From Podarcis filfolensis (taxonomy: Eukaryota), in assembly GCA_964270895.1 (NCBI GenBank), contig OZ185435.1: 64,000 bases of DNA; one strand, given 5' to 3'. The notes under the pieces were generated by a model that was not told where the DNA came from, did no database searches, and saw nothing but the letters and a program-made list of their open reading frames with translations. Positions 12,801 to 23,984 of this stretch are shown here, piece by piece. Position numbers and translations under genes: made by a program. How positions within the stretch are numbered: position 1 is the first letter of the stretch; each line of letters starts with the position of its first letter.

Positions 12801-15800
12801 TCCCTGGTGAGCTGAAGACACAAAATGAGAAATAATATCACTCGCTTGCTACTTTGTTCCATAGCAATTGTTCTCTGGTTCACAAGCAAGGGACTGGCTC
12901 TCACATGGAGATACTTCAAAAGCTCTCTCCACCCTTTAGAGGCATCTGTACTAGCCTCTGGGGACAGTGGAGAAAACTTAAAGGGTTTCTTGGTAGAAAG
13001 GGACAGATCCAGAGATAGATGGAATGAGCACAAAGCAAGGCCTCTCACCAAGGCCACGGAGGTTGGGGCCACCATAAGGGTTGCGGCTAGAAATGAAGGT
13101 GTCCAGAAGTGCATCCAGGTCGTGCAAGGGGTCGAGGTCCATGGGGCATGCATCTGTTCCATCCGTTTTCAGCTCTGCCCTTGGAACATCATCAGCTACT
13201 TCCTGTCCAGAATGGGAGAGAAAGAGCTGTGAACTCCAACTTCAGGCTAACTCAAATGAGGGGCTGGAATACTGAATGGCTGCGGACAACCCCCAAGCTT
13301 TTTTAATTCCACCCTCTGCCATGGGGAAAGGGGAATCTGGAGGGTGCAATATAGGAACAAGGCATTAAAATAGCACCTGAGCAGAACCATAGACGGGTTT
13401 ATCCATCTTCTTTGAAGCCTATAACAAAATGTACAGAATGTTTAGGATTAGGCTACTGAAAGTACAATTACAATACTTAGCTAGAGGAAAACCATAGGTG
13501 GCTAAATAAAATCCTACCTGGTTCATTGCTGCCCTGGACACATTTGGGAAGAAGGGCTAGGTATAATGTACTATTATTATTATTATTACTACTACTACTG
13601 CTACAACAACAATGAACACCTGAGGCCTCAGCAAACCATTGCAGGCCACAATAATCACACAGGGATAGCTGGGTGACCAGTGTGTGTCTTTGTGGAAGTG
13701 AGAGAGAGGGCAAGAGAATGAGAGCCTTTGGCAGCTGCGGAAATGAGTCTGTAGGCCAAGGCACCTATCAGAGTAAGATAGAAACGTAGCTTTGCCAGTC
13801 TAGTACCAGATCACCTTATAACCACCAGATCCAGTCTATGATAGCCTGGCAAGAAGCATCTAGAAAATCCACCTCCTTCAATGGAGTTCCAAGGTGCTTC
13901 TGGATTGGCTACCTGATTTCCTTGGTTGACACTAAAAAGGTGGATGCTGGGTGGATGAACTTGGGTGGAACATGTCATCTAGGGGTGAAGGGGAGCTATA
14001 TGAAGTACAACACATCTTGCTGGAGAAGACACTTACCTGGGTATAGGAAAACAACCTCCATTTGTGATATTCCCTGATGACAACCCCAATTTGGCGTTTC
14101 CAGTACTTTCCTTCCATGATGACAGCCTGCCAAATAAAGGTGCAGCCAGGGGTCACTTACAGAAACGCGTAATCTGTCTTCTTCGTACGTTCTTAAGTAA
14201 GAAAGGCCCAAGTAACCTTTGCTCACCTCAGGCTTGCGGTGCACATCTACATCACTGCACTCTAGTGGGGTCACAAAACTGCACACTGGGTTCTGCCGCT
14301 TCTCCACATCTGCATCCAGAATGAAATAAAAGAAAAGGGGCTGTAATCTGCAGTACAGCTTCAAGCAGGACCAAACAGAGAAAATGCTGGCTCGCTGGCT
14401 GGCAGTCGCTCCCATTTCAGCATCCACTAAATAGGGCAGTAGAGCTGAAGAGCTTTAAATCCATAAGCAATTAATATGTGACTTTTGCTAGCATAAAGCT
14501 TTGCAAACTTGCAATACATAATTCTGTGTGAAACAATCTCCATGGTTGAGGAAGTCATGGAAAACACGTGTAGGGATGGAGGAAGAACCCATTTTTTGTG
14601 GATTTATACACAGAATTTGGTGGTTCCCACCTAATCTGCCCATACTGGATCACCTTTTATACGGTTGGTTGGTTTGTTGTTGTTGTTGTTTTTTAAATAC
14701 CTTCTTCCAGGCTACTTACACTGCAGATACCAGGCCCTCCAGATGGCATTATTGAGTCGAATCTTGTCACGCTGTAGCAGTTTCAGCCCTTTGAAGGTTT
14801 TCCATTTGGGAGAGACAAGTTTCTCACTACAAATGAGAAAGCCAAAAAAACCACCTCTTGTAATACCAAGTATATCTGGCTTTCAAGGGGAAACAGGGCC
14901 AGGCAACAACCCAAAGAAGAAGAAGGCAGCTCAAAACACACTGAACAGGAACATCTCTTTAATAAGCTTGACTATTCTATAGCCACAGTTTATTACTAAT
15001 CTGTGCCAATAAAACTAAATTCTGCACTCAAAACTATAAACTGTAAACTACTCAGATGTCTACAAATGTTCACCTTTTGCACAGATTGACCCAATATGCC
15101 TGCTTTATTCTAAACCTCTCACTGGATGTTGATTCCTCCTCAACTTTTTAGAGCAAACTGTGGGAGAAGGAGAAAAATGAACAGGTTAGAAGTAGCATAT
15201 GCTGATAAGTGTAGAACATAATTATAGACCATATATAGAGATAAGAAGCTGTGTTGATTACAGAAGCTTTGCCCACAGAACTACATGGCCCTCTATGTAT
15301 ACTGCCTTCCTGTTTTTCCGATGAAGCTCCTCAACGAAGGACAAAATCCTGCTTTTAAAAAGTATGCTATAGATACCAGCCTTGGGGTGGAATTCCATGT
15401 GGCAATTATGACAGAAGAAAAAATAGCCCTGGCTTTAGGTGGCAGATCTGGAAATACCCCCCACTCCCAGCCTTACTATAAGGGGTCTTCCCCATTCATT
15501 ATTGTTGCAGAACCCCATCTATGAAGTGTCAGTGAGTGCTGGACAACTATTTCCTGGACAGAACCTACGGTAATTCAATTATTCTGAAGAAATGCAGCAT
15601 AATTTAAAACACATCCAGTTAAATGATTTGTGTTTTGCTATTAATAACCAATTTGTTAGTGAGTGTATCTCTTTACAACAGAGAAATATAGTATTGACTT
15701 GAGTAATCCAAATGATTAAAAACATCTTGGAAGGTTAATTCAGTGGTTTATTTCTTCCACTGTTAAAGTAAAACTGTGCCTCACCTGTATGTTCTTACGA

Positions 15801-18800
15801 AGGAGAAGAAATTATAATGAGCCAGCATCTCCTTAGGAATACAGGCAGACACTGGCAGCTTGCATTCCACTCATGCACTCTGTTTAATCAGTAGCAACAC
15901 ACACTCATATTCTGCCCTTCAGAAGTTCACGTGAAGGTGCACAAACATCCCACATGAAAATCCTCACACTAAGCGTATTGGACCACATTCTCAGGCCACC
16001 CTATTGCACTCTGCCCCATTACATTTCAAACCTGGCAGCTGTTTCACTGAACAGTTGTGTAAAAGAAAACAAGATACTGTTCAGAACCCATGCTCCTTTG
16101 CTGTTCTGCCACAACAGCTTCTTATTCAAAATTGCACCTGCTTGAGACAGAATGAATAATGAATAATCCCTGGCAGATAGATCAGTCACAGTTCTAATGC
16201 ATAGCTGTGCAAAGAGTCAATATATGATTCTCTGTTACTATTGAGCAAAATATAATGCCTATTTCACTGGCTGGGGGCAGAGACTTGCACTGCCACTGAA
16301 ACCAGTGGGCTCAGGTATATGGTAAACTGAGCTTTTGACAATGTTAATGTCAAAAAGGACTCTGTTGAGGGGATTTCTTCAGGCATTCAAACTCCTCATA
16401 CTACCTTTGTCCTTTTGCTTAGTCCAAGATGACATCTCATAATGTTGTGGGAGATTAACTAGAAAATACCTAAAGGAGTCAACGTTTGAAATGTCATAAT
16501 GCTGGAAGTCAAAGAACAGACCCAAAAATCCCAGTTCTGAGGATCTATTCCAGTTCACTAGGTTGTTGAAAATGCTGGAACACTTTTTTTCTTGATTTAA
16601 AGCTGCTTCATAGATATATATTTACAAGGGGATGATCTCAATGTAGGAAAAATGCATGCAGTGTTACATAAAAAATGGCAGAAGCAGTAATTTTGCAGCA
16701 AATATATTGGTTGGGAAGCTAGTCTGCAACATACTGCTGTAGCATCCGCTTGAATGTGCAACTCAGGTAAGAATACAATTTTTATATGAAAGGACTACAA
16801 CTATTTAGTTCAAAACTCTATATGCTAACATCAAGGCCAGACATTCCTGGGAACGGGATACTGGTTAAAACAAATGCTGTCTGTTCTAGTGTGGTACTTT
16901 TTATTTTAATTATTTTTAGAACTAGGAGAAATCCCAAAGGTGAAGACCAGTGCAGGATAGGCTGTTTGGCACCAAGAACCAGAAAAGAGAGTTGTTGTTT
17001 TACCATCACATGTCCAAAATGGTCTATGCAATCATGTCAAATGTTACTTTAAAAAAGAAACACTAGAATTTCTAAACTTTTAAGAGGCACACAGCCAGCA
17101 ATCAAGAGTTCTGGGTGCCATATGCAGCGAGCAGACTGCAAGTTTTTGATCCCTAATCTAGTCCAAGTTATGCCCTGAAGCACAGTAATGTAAAACATTC
17201 CAGAGAGTTGCCCACCCAGCCTTTCTTTGAAAGTTTCCAAGGAAGCAAATTTCATTACCTCTCTAAGCAGCTTGTTTCATTGCTCAAGTTTCTCTCCTAC
17301 TTCTCAGAAATGTTGGGGGGAGGGCGACAGCCAATTCAGAAAATTCAGGGCATGTATTAATTTTCAACATAGTACAGCACAGGTAACAATAATTAAAACT
17401 AGACTGTGCAAAACAAGCCAATTAGTTCCTTAACATAAATCATTAAAATTGTGCACAAGAGTTCACATTAAAATTCTATTAGGAAGCTAAAGGGAGCACA
17501 GGAAGAAATACATGTCCTGTGAAAACTTCCTGTTTATATAATTTGCCAAGTTTTTGTGCTTTAGCAACACTACTATCAGAAAGGGGACAAAACAGACCTT
17601 TACCACAATGGATATACTTTCTGATATTTAATCCCACATAACCCAGACAGCTTTTTGATATTATGTCTCTAGCATCTGGCAGGGACAACTTGAGTCATGG
17701 TCCATTTCTCACTTTAATACCCATGATAACTATCTACCCACTACACTCTGTCAAATAAAAATTTCTATTATTTAAGACTTTCTCTCCTTTCCACACATTA
17801 AAGGAGTCTGACCTGAGAGCTGATTAAAGATTAAAGGACTTGACTGCTTAATGAACAAGTCAACTGGATTATGAGATACACTGAAAATGGGGTAGATAAA
17901 AACCAAAGTAATATGTATGGGTCAGAAGCACTGTCTAAGCAGCAAGATGTGCTTTTCTGACATGATTTTCTGGGAAGACTAAAGTTAGTGTCAATTCCCC
18001 TCCTCTATGCTGTGCTTATATGAACATATTCCCATATGCCACTAGAGACGCTATTGGGTAGCTTGCAAATACAGTAAAATAAGTAGCAGTGCAATCCTCT
18101 GCACCTTATCTCAGAAGTAACTCCTACAGAGTTCAATGAGACTTATTCGTTGATTCTAATCCCTTGTGTGTAGAACTGCAACCAGAGTAAGTAAATAAAT
18201 AAATAAATAATACTGTGCCAGAAAGCAAGTGGTAGTAGAATGCTGGAGAACCAGGCACAACTCTATGTCATATCTAGGCCCCCTGCTTTTTTTTTAAACT
18301 ACAAAACTGGATTTGTTGGTTTCAACAGATGTATGCGTTTCTGACTCTAAAATGTCAGTTTCGTTCCTTGACTACTCTGTTCTCACACGTGATGCCTGAG
18401 AACCTCCCTTACCATAAGTGAAAGTTCTTAAAGTGGAAGGAAAGGTTGCAGGGGAGCACTTCTTAACTGGCAGCTACAAATCTAGATTTATACACTCATT
18501 TAGATTTTAACTTGGCATGGCAGACACGAGAAAGGCAAGCTGCGCCTTTGAAATGCCTTCTTGGGTGAAAATGCGCTTTATGTCTGTAGTTACAAGGAAT
18601 CCGAGGCTTTTACTTAACGATGCCAAGTTACCTACAGATGGATTCTCTTAGTAGTATCGTTTACCTGCATGCATAGTAGTATATCTTGCGTATGAATCGC
18701 AGGCTAATTGGTCGTGCTGCAGTTCCCACAGCAGGCACTCTGTAATCCCAAGGCATAATCTGGTTCCCTGAATGCATCCCGAGAGGCAAGGGCCGGAGGC

Positions 18801-19265
18801 AAGAAAGGAAGCCACCGGGCGGGCCCTTCTCTATCCCTTCCTACTGTGTGTCTCCACATTTCCCCCCCCCCCCCAGACACACACGGCCCGCTGTGCCCCG
18901 TTCGCTTGGGGGCTGCCCTGCCCGCCCCGCCCTTACCTGTAGGCGAGCGTCATGCACTCGAAGAGCTTCGTGAGCGAAGGGTCGATGCTGAGGGCTCCGC
19001 TGCTTCGAGGCCCGTAGCGGTAGCACAGGCACGCGGCCTCGTCCACCGTGTCGAAGTCGTAAGCGGCGGAGGCCAGCTGGGCCCCGTCACCAGCTTTCCC
19101 GGCCGCGGCCTTCTGCGCGGAGCCGGCCCTTTTCGCTCGCTCCGCCGCGCTCGGCGGGGCGCCTTGGCCTAGCTGGCTCAGAGCCGCCTCGGGGTCCTGG
19201 TCCGGGTCGGCGTGGGGCTCCGACACCATGAAGTGGCCGCTGTGGATGATCTGCGGACGCGACAT
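6880..19265 (-). CDS. Mondo-family (MLXIP/MondoA, MLXIPL/ChREBP-like) bHLH-ZIP protein, probable third paralog, 17 coding exons, about 740 aa
   Basis: Exons (minus strand): 19265-18937, 14826-14720, 14309-14227, 14126-14037, 13418-13377 (tentative), 13202-13049, 12811-12719, 11507-11470, 11229-10785, 9091-9048, 8895-8796, 8637-8561, 8437-8321, 8162-8035, 7927-7804, 7645-7516, 7001-6880. Total 2223 nt, open frame, all GT-AG. Motifs: QIIHSGHFMVSEPH, SIDPSLTKLFECMTLAYSEKLVSPKWKTFKGL, RDKIRLNNAIWRAWYLQY, EGKYWKR..VVIREYHKWR, GNADMIQP, SKAMLLQKSAAHVERLQHERRQAQETVERLRGEIKELSTAI, RTLQDWRFWLFSMVIKPLFESY. An alternative in-frame ATG lies at 19313. Confidence 0.93.
10201..10435. mobile_element. Tc1/mariner-pogo (Tigger-like) MITE in intron 9 of the Mondo-like gene
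   Basis: TIR CAGTGGTACCT / AGGTACCACTG with TA on both sides. Confidence 0.88.
13572..13612. repeat. Compound (TAT)(TAC)(CAA) microsatellite
   Basis: tattattattattattactactactactgctacaacaacaa. Confidence 0.85.
17130..17300 (-). mobile_element. CR1 LINE 3' end fragment
   Basis: The minus strand encodes SLETFKERLGGQLSG, the CR1 ORF2 terminus. Confidence 0.65.
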
Positions 19266-19620
19266 CCTCCCAGGCGGAGGCCTCGCTGCCTCCCTCGCCG
19301 TCTCCCGGCGCATCTTTAGAACGCGAGAGGCAACGCCAACGCCGCCATAGCAACGAGGGGCCGCCGCCGGCGCAAACCCCAGCCGGGAAAGAGTCGCGAC
19401 AGGTGCCAAAATGCCGCCGTAGCAGCGGAGGAACAAAAGAGAACGCGGATTCTACCTCTTCCCAGCAGCTGCCCTGCCGTAGGCTCCCATAGCAACAAGG
19501 AAAGAGCGTTCTGCGCATGTGTCCGAGTCCCCGCCCCCTTGCCGTGGCCGCAGGTCATGATGGTCACGGTAGTTTTGTTTCAACACCCACCTAGCGGCGA
19601 GAACGAGACAGTTACTCGCT
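18780..19620 (-). promoter_or_regulatory. CpG island / proximal promoter of the Mondo-like gene
   Basis: CpG-dense stretch over exon 1 and upstream. X-box-like CCATAGCAAC at 19345-19354 and 19487-19496; NRF1-like TGCGCATGT near 19512-19520. Confidence 0.8.
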
Positions 19621-20269
19621 AGCTAGCATAGACTTCACTGGCTAGAGTGACATACAGGGATCTACTTCCGGTATTTTAGACTTGCTTTAACATTTAACAG
19701 TGCAGCTCTTCTGCCTACAAGTCAGTAAACACAGGGCTTCTGTGCGCAACTTTTCTGGAGTGCAGCTGATAGGGGCACAATCCAATTAACGTGCCACTCA
19801 TACTGAAACCCGATCACAGACGTCAACCTTTCCCTTTTCTTGCGAGGAATCGTATTCGGAATAAAGGAATTTCCCTTAAAGAAAGGGAAACGTTGACAGC
19901 TATGAACCCGATACATGTTTTATGTGGTGGCCTGGAAATTTAAGGCAGCCTTAGCCCTGTTTCCACCCTTCATTCAGTGACTCTACATTGCAAGGCTGCT
20001 GAAAGCCATGCTCCTCTGTAATATTGGACTGTACTAGCAGTGGCAGGGCACTCATTTCCACGCGAAGTAAGGCCTGAATTAAAGTATCAGCTGCTGTCTC
20101 TCTGAAAACTTTCTAGTTCTGCTTCTCAGTCAACAACTACGCTGAAATCTTGACTCACCGCCAATTACCAAGGGCAGCTCTCGCTTTCAGATTATACATC
20201 CAGCTTCCCCATATCTGACGAGAGACAAGCTACTCTATTAAGTTCCTAGCTCTGTTCTTTTTAGCAGGC

Positions 20270-20560
20270 ATGAGATGGCGGCGACGTAAAATTACGCAAC
20301 GACGCCATGGCGCAAGCAGGAAGCGGACCGAAAGGGGCGCTGGTAACTGTAGTTTCTCCCCACCCTCCGCTAGAGGTTCTGATGTTTACATGTAATGAAA
20401 CCAGGCTCGCCAATTCTCCCTGGGATTCGTCACCGCTCGGAGAAGTTGGGGCGAGTGTGACCATGTGCTTTGCTGTCTGCACACTCTACTGGTCACATGG
20501 TGAGCTGCGCCCTCATTCTGCATAGATAAAACTCAGCTCACCGCATGATTGAGGGGCCCA
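20270..20560. promoter_or_regulatory. Second small CpG island with housekeeping-promoter motifs, between the SSH3 3' end and the Mondo-like gene
   Basis: YY1-like GAGATGGCGGC 20272-20282, TTACGCAA 20292-20299, palindrome CGCCATGGCG 20303-20312, ETS-like CAGGAAGCGG 20317-20326, ZNF143-like ACTACAGTTACCAG on the minus strand near 20340-20353. Confidence 0.6.
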
Positions 20561-20861
20561 CGGAAAACTGATTCTGCAAACAGCCAGATGTTGTGGGATT
20601 CTTTACTGACCCGTTGTTCCACCTAATGCAAATGGCCAGTGGCTAAAATGACCAGCTATTACCATGCGGCCACACTGTCTTTAACAGAGCCCCACAGCTG
20701 TGTGGATACTGAGTAGCCTAGCCAGAGGAAAAACTGTCTCCCGTTTCCCTCCCTCAGGTAGGCGAGTTTGTGGTCACAGATTAGGTCCCAAGCATTAGGA
20801 CACACATTTCAAAGAAAAGGACAAGACCAGAGTTCCAGCAAGTGGAAAGTTAACCAACTCT

Positions 20862-20867
20862 TTTATT
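20862..20867 (-). terminator. Likely SSH3 polyadenylation signal AATAAA
   Basis: TTTATT on + at 20862-20867, about 680 nt past the SSH3 stop codon. Confidence 0.65.
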
Positions 20868-21541
20868 CCCAAGCAGAGTGAAGCTGGCAATGGCACAGTG
20901 GTTGTGTATGTGTGTGCAAAAGTAAACGGGGGCCGTTTCTTCCCCGGTTAGGATCACAGTGAGATACTACTTCCCTGGCCCCACCTCATAAAGCAGGGAT
21001 GTGGGGAGCCCAGAGCCCTCCTCGTGTGCTGGACCACTACTCTCATCATCTCTGACCATTCACCATGCTGGCAGGGCTGGAGATAGTTAAGAGCCCAGCG
21101 ACATCTTGGGAGGCCACAGGGACCCCTGCGGCTTTAACAAGGGGTAGTGTTATCAAAAGTGAGTTGAAGGAAGAAGCAGAAGTGCCCTGCAGTATAAATC
21201 TTGGAGCTGTGCAGTCTTCAAGGCCATTTAGAGGTCTGAAATAAGTGGTTGGACAGAGCCCCACAAGAGCGCTGGTTGCCCCCCAGTGCAGTTCCATAGC
21301 TATGGAAAGAGATGGAGAGCCTGTGAAGCACTATAGTCTCTTAAAGGGATGGTCTCCCTCCTCTTTCCTGCCCTTCTCCCAGGCAGCTTTAAATTGCCAC
21401 TTCCCACACCAGCTGCCAATAGTGCTTCAGGCAGAGGAAAGAAGCCCCCAACAATAGGAAGTGAACCTGTTTGGCCTTCAGGGCTCCATTTATCACTCCA
21501 CTTATGAACAGAAGAAAGGCGGAAATGCCACAGCAAGGGTT

Positions 21542-23933
21542 TCACCCTGAGTTGGGGTCCATGTCTACGCTGGCCTGGCGAACCATCCGCCGGGACCGGG
21601 AGCAGGGCAAGGAAGAACAGAGGGCAGTGCTTTCCTCAGGTTTGGATTCCTGAGGAGAAGGGGACCAGAGCTTGTCTGGTCCTTCGGGATCTGTGTGTCC
21701 CTCAAACTCCTTGGCCCGGCTCACCACCAGGGCAGCATCAGCCAGCTGAGCCACAGAGAGCCGGTGTTGTAAGGCGGGCCTGCGGCCAAATGGGACAGGG
21801 CCCTCCATGCGCTGGACAACTTTGCGCACCCTGCCTGGTGCTGGGTAGTATGAAAGCTGCTTGCAGACATGGCGACGTCCCCGGTGAGCCCTCCGCCCAC
21901 GTCGCCTGGCCCTGCGACCCTGAGCCTCCTCTTCCTCTGGCAGTGGCACCTTTGCTGTAGAGTCTGTTCCTGACCCTGAATTCTCTTCATTTTGGGGAAA
22001 TGGCTCAAAGGTCACAGTCTTCTTCTTTTCATCATGAAGAAATACCTGTTGGAGGAAGAAGAGGTAGATTGAATGAGGGCCAGCAATTACAAAGGATTTT
22101 TCTTCATCCTGCCTCTACCATTCATCTTCGCATTAGCTGAGGTTTCAGATCCACTGATTTATGCTTTGCCATTTTGTTTCCCTTGTATGCCTTGAGGCTC
22201 CATTATAAGTTCCCTTACTCTTTCAACTTGCCTCTCTCTGGAAGCATGCCCTTACATGACCCTCTTACCTCTTCCTCAGCAGCACACTCTGGTACAGAGA
22301 TGTGGCGTTCTGGGCTGTCCATTTCACTGATGCTGCGCATGACAGCATAGAGATTGATGCGTTCCCGCCTGAGCGTGGCTGGCTTCTCTGGCACTCTCAT
22401 CGTAGCCAGGTGTCTTCGCACTTCCTCAGCTCCAGAGTCATCCGATGCCCCAGGTTCTTCTGTGGCCTGAAGACTGAGCCTGGGACTATCAGGAGGGTCC
22501 ACAGGATGGTGAGGTTCTTCAGGAGGTTCCCGCAAAGGACGAAAGCAATACTGGGGGGTTGTCACTGGCTCCTCTGGTTCTTCTTCTGAGCTTAAAGTCT
22601 CGTAGTATGGGCTTCCTGAAGGATCACTGCTGGCATCACTTATATCTGGAGAATCTTCTGAGTGGGCATCTCCTGCCTTTTGTTCCCATAGGCTGCTGTG
22701 TCGGCTGTGTAGTAACATGAGGTGAACAATGTAAGAGATTATTCAGCAAGGAATGCTAAATAAAGAACCAAATAAAGAATGGACTTTGAATTACAGTGAG
22801 AAGCATTAATTACACATATTAAAGATAATCACAATGTCTAATTTTTGCTGCACTATTAGTGTGGGACAATTTTGCTATCAGTGGCTCCCTGTTTAAGATT
22901 AAATATCGTGTGCATAACAATACGAAACAGCCCTTTTTAACTGGAAGAAGTGCTTTGGAGTGGAAGGTGGAAATGGAGCAGATGGCATGGATGCCGGATC
23001 TTTTCCTTGCCACTCTTTGGCACCCCCATCATTTTTTCCCACACGGAATCTTTCCTGTTTGCCTTTGCACACAGGTGCTTAGAATCCCAGGAAGGGGAGA
23101 TCTTCTTTGATCCCAATAGCCCCACTGAAAGTAGATTTTCCAGTCTAAGAGGATCATCATGCTGTTGCATGTAACATGTAGTTTGGCTCTTGGACAATAA
23201 AAACAAAGCCTTCTGCTGTGGTCTGATCAGGCTGGTCAGCTGCAGCTCCTATCAGTCTCCCTCACCCTCCCCACATACATACACAGTGACCAGACCTGCT
23301 CTCCCTCCCCTTGGATTTACCTTGCGTCCAGAATGCCCTGATAAAGCTCCAGCTGTCTCATGAATCCTGGATTGGGGTGGACAATTGGGCGTCGTTCCCG
23401 TACATGGGAAAGGGCCTGCTCAAGTGACCACCCGTACTCCTTCATGGCATATGCAATCACTGTGGAGCCAGAGCGGCTCACGCCCATCTTGCAGTGCACC
23501 AACACCCGAGAGCCTTGCGCCCTGTGGGGAATGAATATTTGCTATAAGCAGGGCTACAGCATCACCCAGGACAGTCATGAAATTCAGCATCCAGTTGCTG
23601 TACCTTCAGCCACGCGTAGGATACCCCAGCTTCTTGGCCTAACTCAACACTTGCCAAGGCATAGATTAGCTAAATTATGCTGAGGCCACTCTGCTGTGAT
23701 CATGATGAATCCAAGCAAGTGACTATCATTGCTGCTTGGAAAACATTATGGTTGTTCAACAGCCAGTGTGGTGTAGTGGTTAGAGTGCTGGGAGGAGATG
23801 GATGAATTCAGCTGCTTGCTCTTCCAAACATGTAACTGGCTGTGTCAAATCTGACAGAGATCAAAAGCTAGGAACTGATGGCATCATACTTCTTAATGAA
23901 GTAGGGGGTGTATTGGGGCAACCCAGTATGATG

Positions 23934-23984
<51 letters not shown>

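Noticed and set aside
13520-13990. Other phase-0 candidates for Mondo-like exon 5 (39 nt near 13520-13558; 36-66 nt near 13870-13980)
   Set aside because: Weaker acceptors or polypyrimidine tracts and a worse size match than 13418-13377. Not excluded without RNA data.
6880-19265. Mondo-like gene as a pseudogene or retrocopy
   Set aside because: It has 17 exons with canonical splice sites, no stops or frameshifts over 2223 nt, and a CpG-island promoter.
14827-20860. ChoRE (two E-boxes spaced by 5 nt) that would give ChREBP-beta-like autoregulation
   Set aside because: I found only isolated CACGTG/CACGCG/CATGTG hexamers (near 15925, 18386, 20059, 20462) with no correctly spaced partner. The manual scan was not exhaustive.
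23321-23521. SSH3 as a pseudophosphatase
   Set aside because: The catalytic HCKMGVSRS (CX5R) motif is intact, as is the upstream acid-loop region (RLYDEE).
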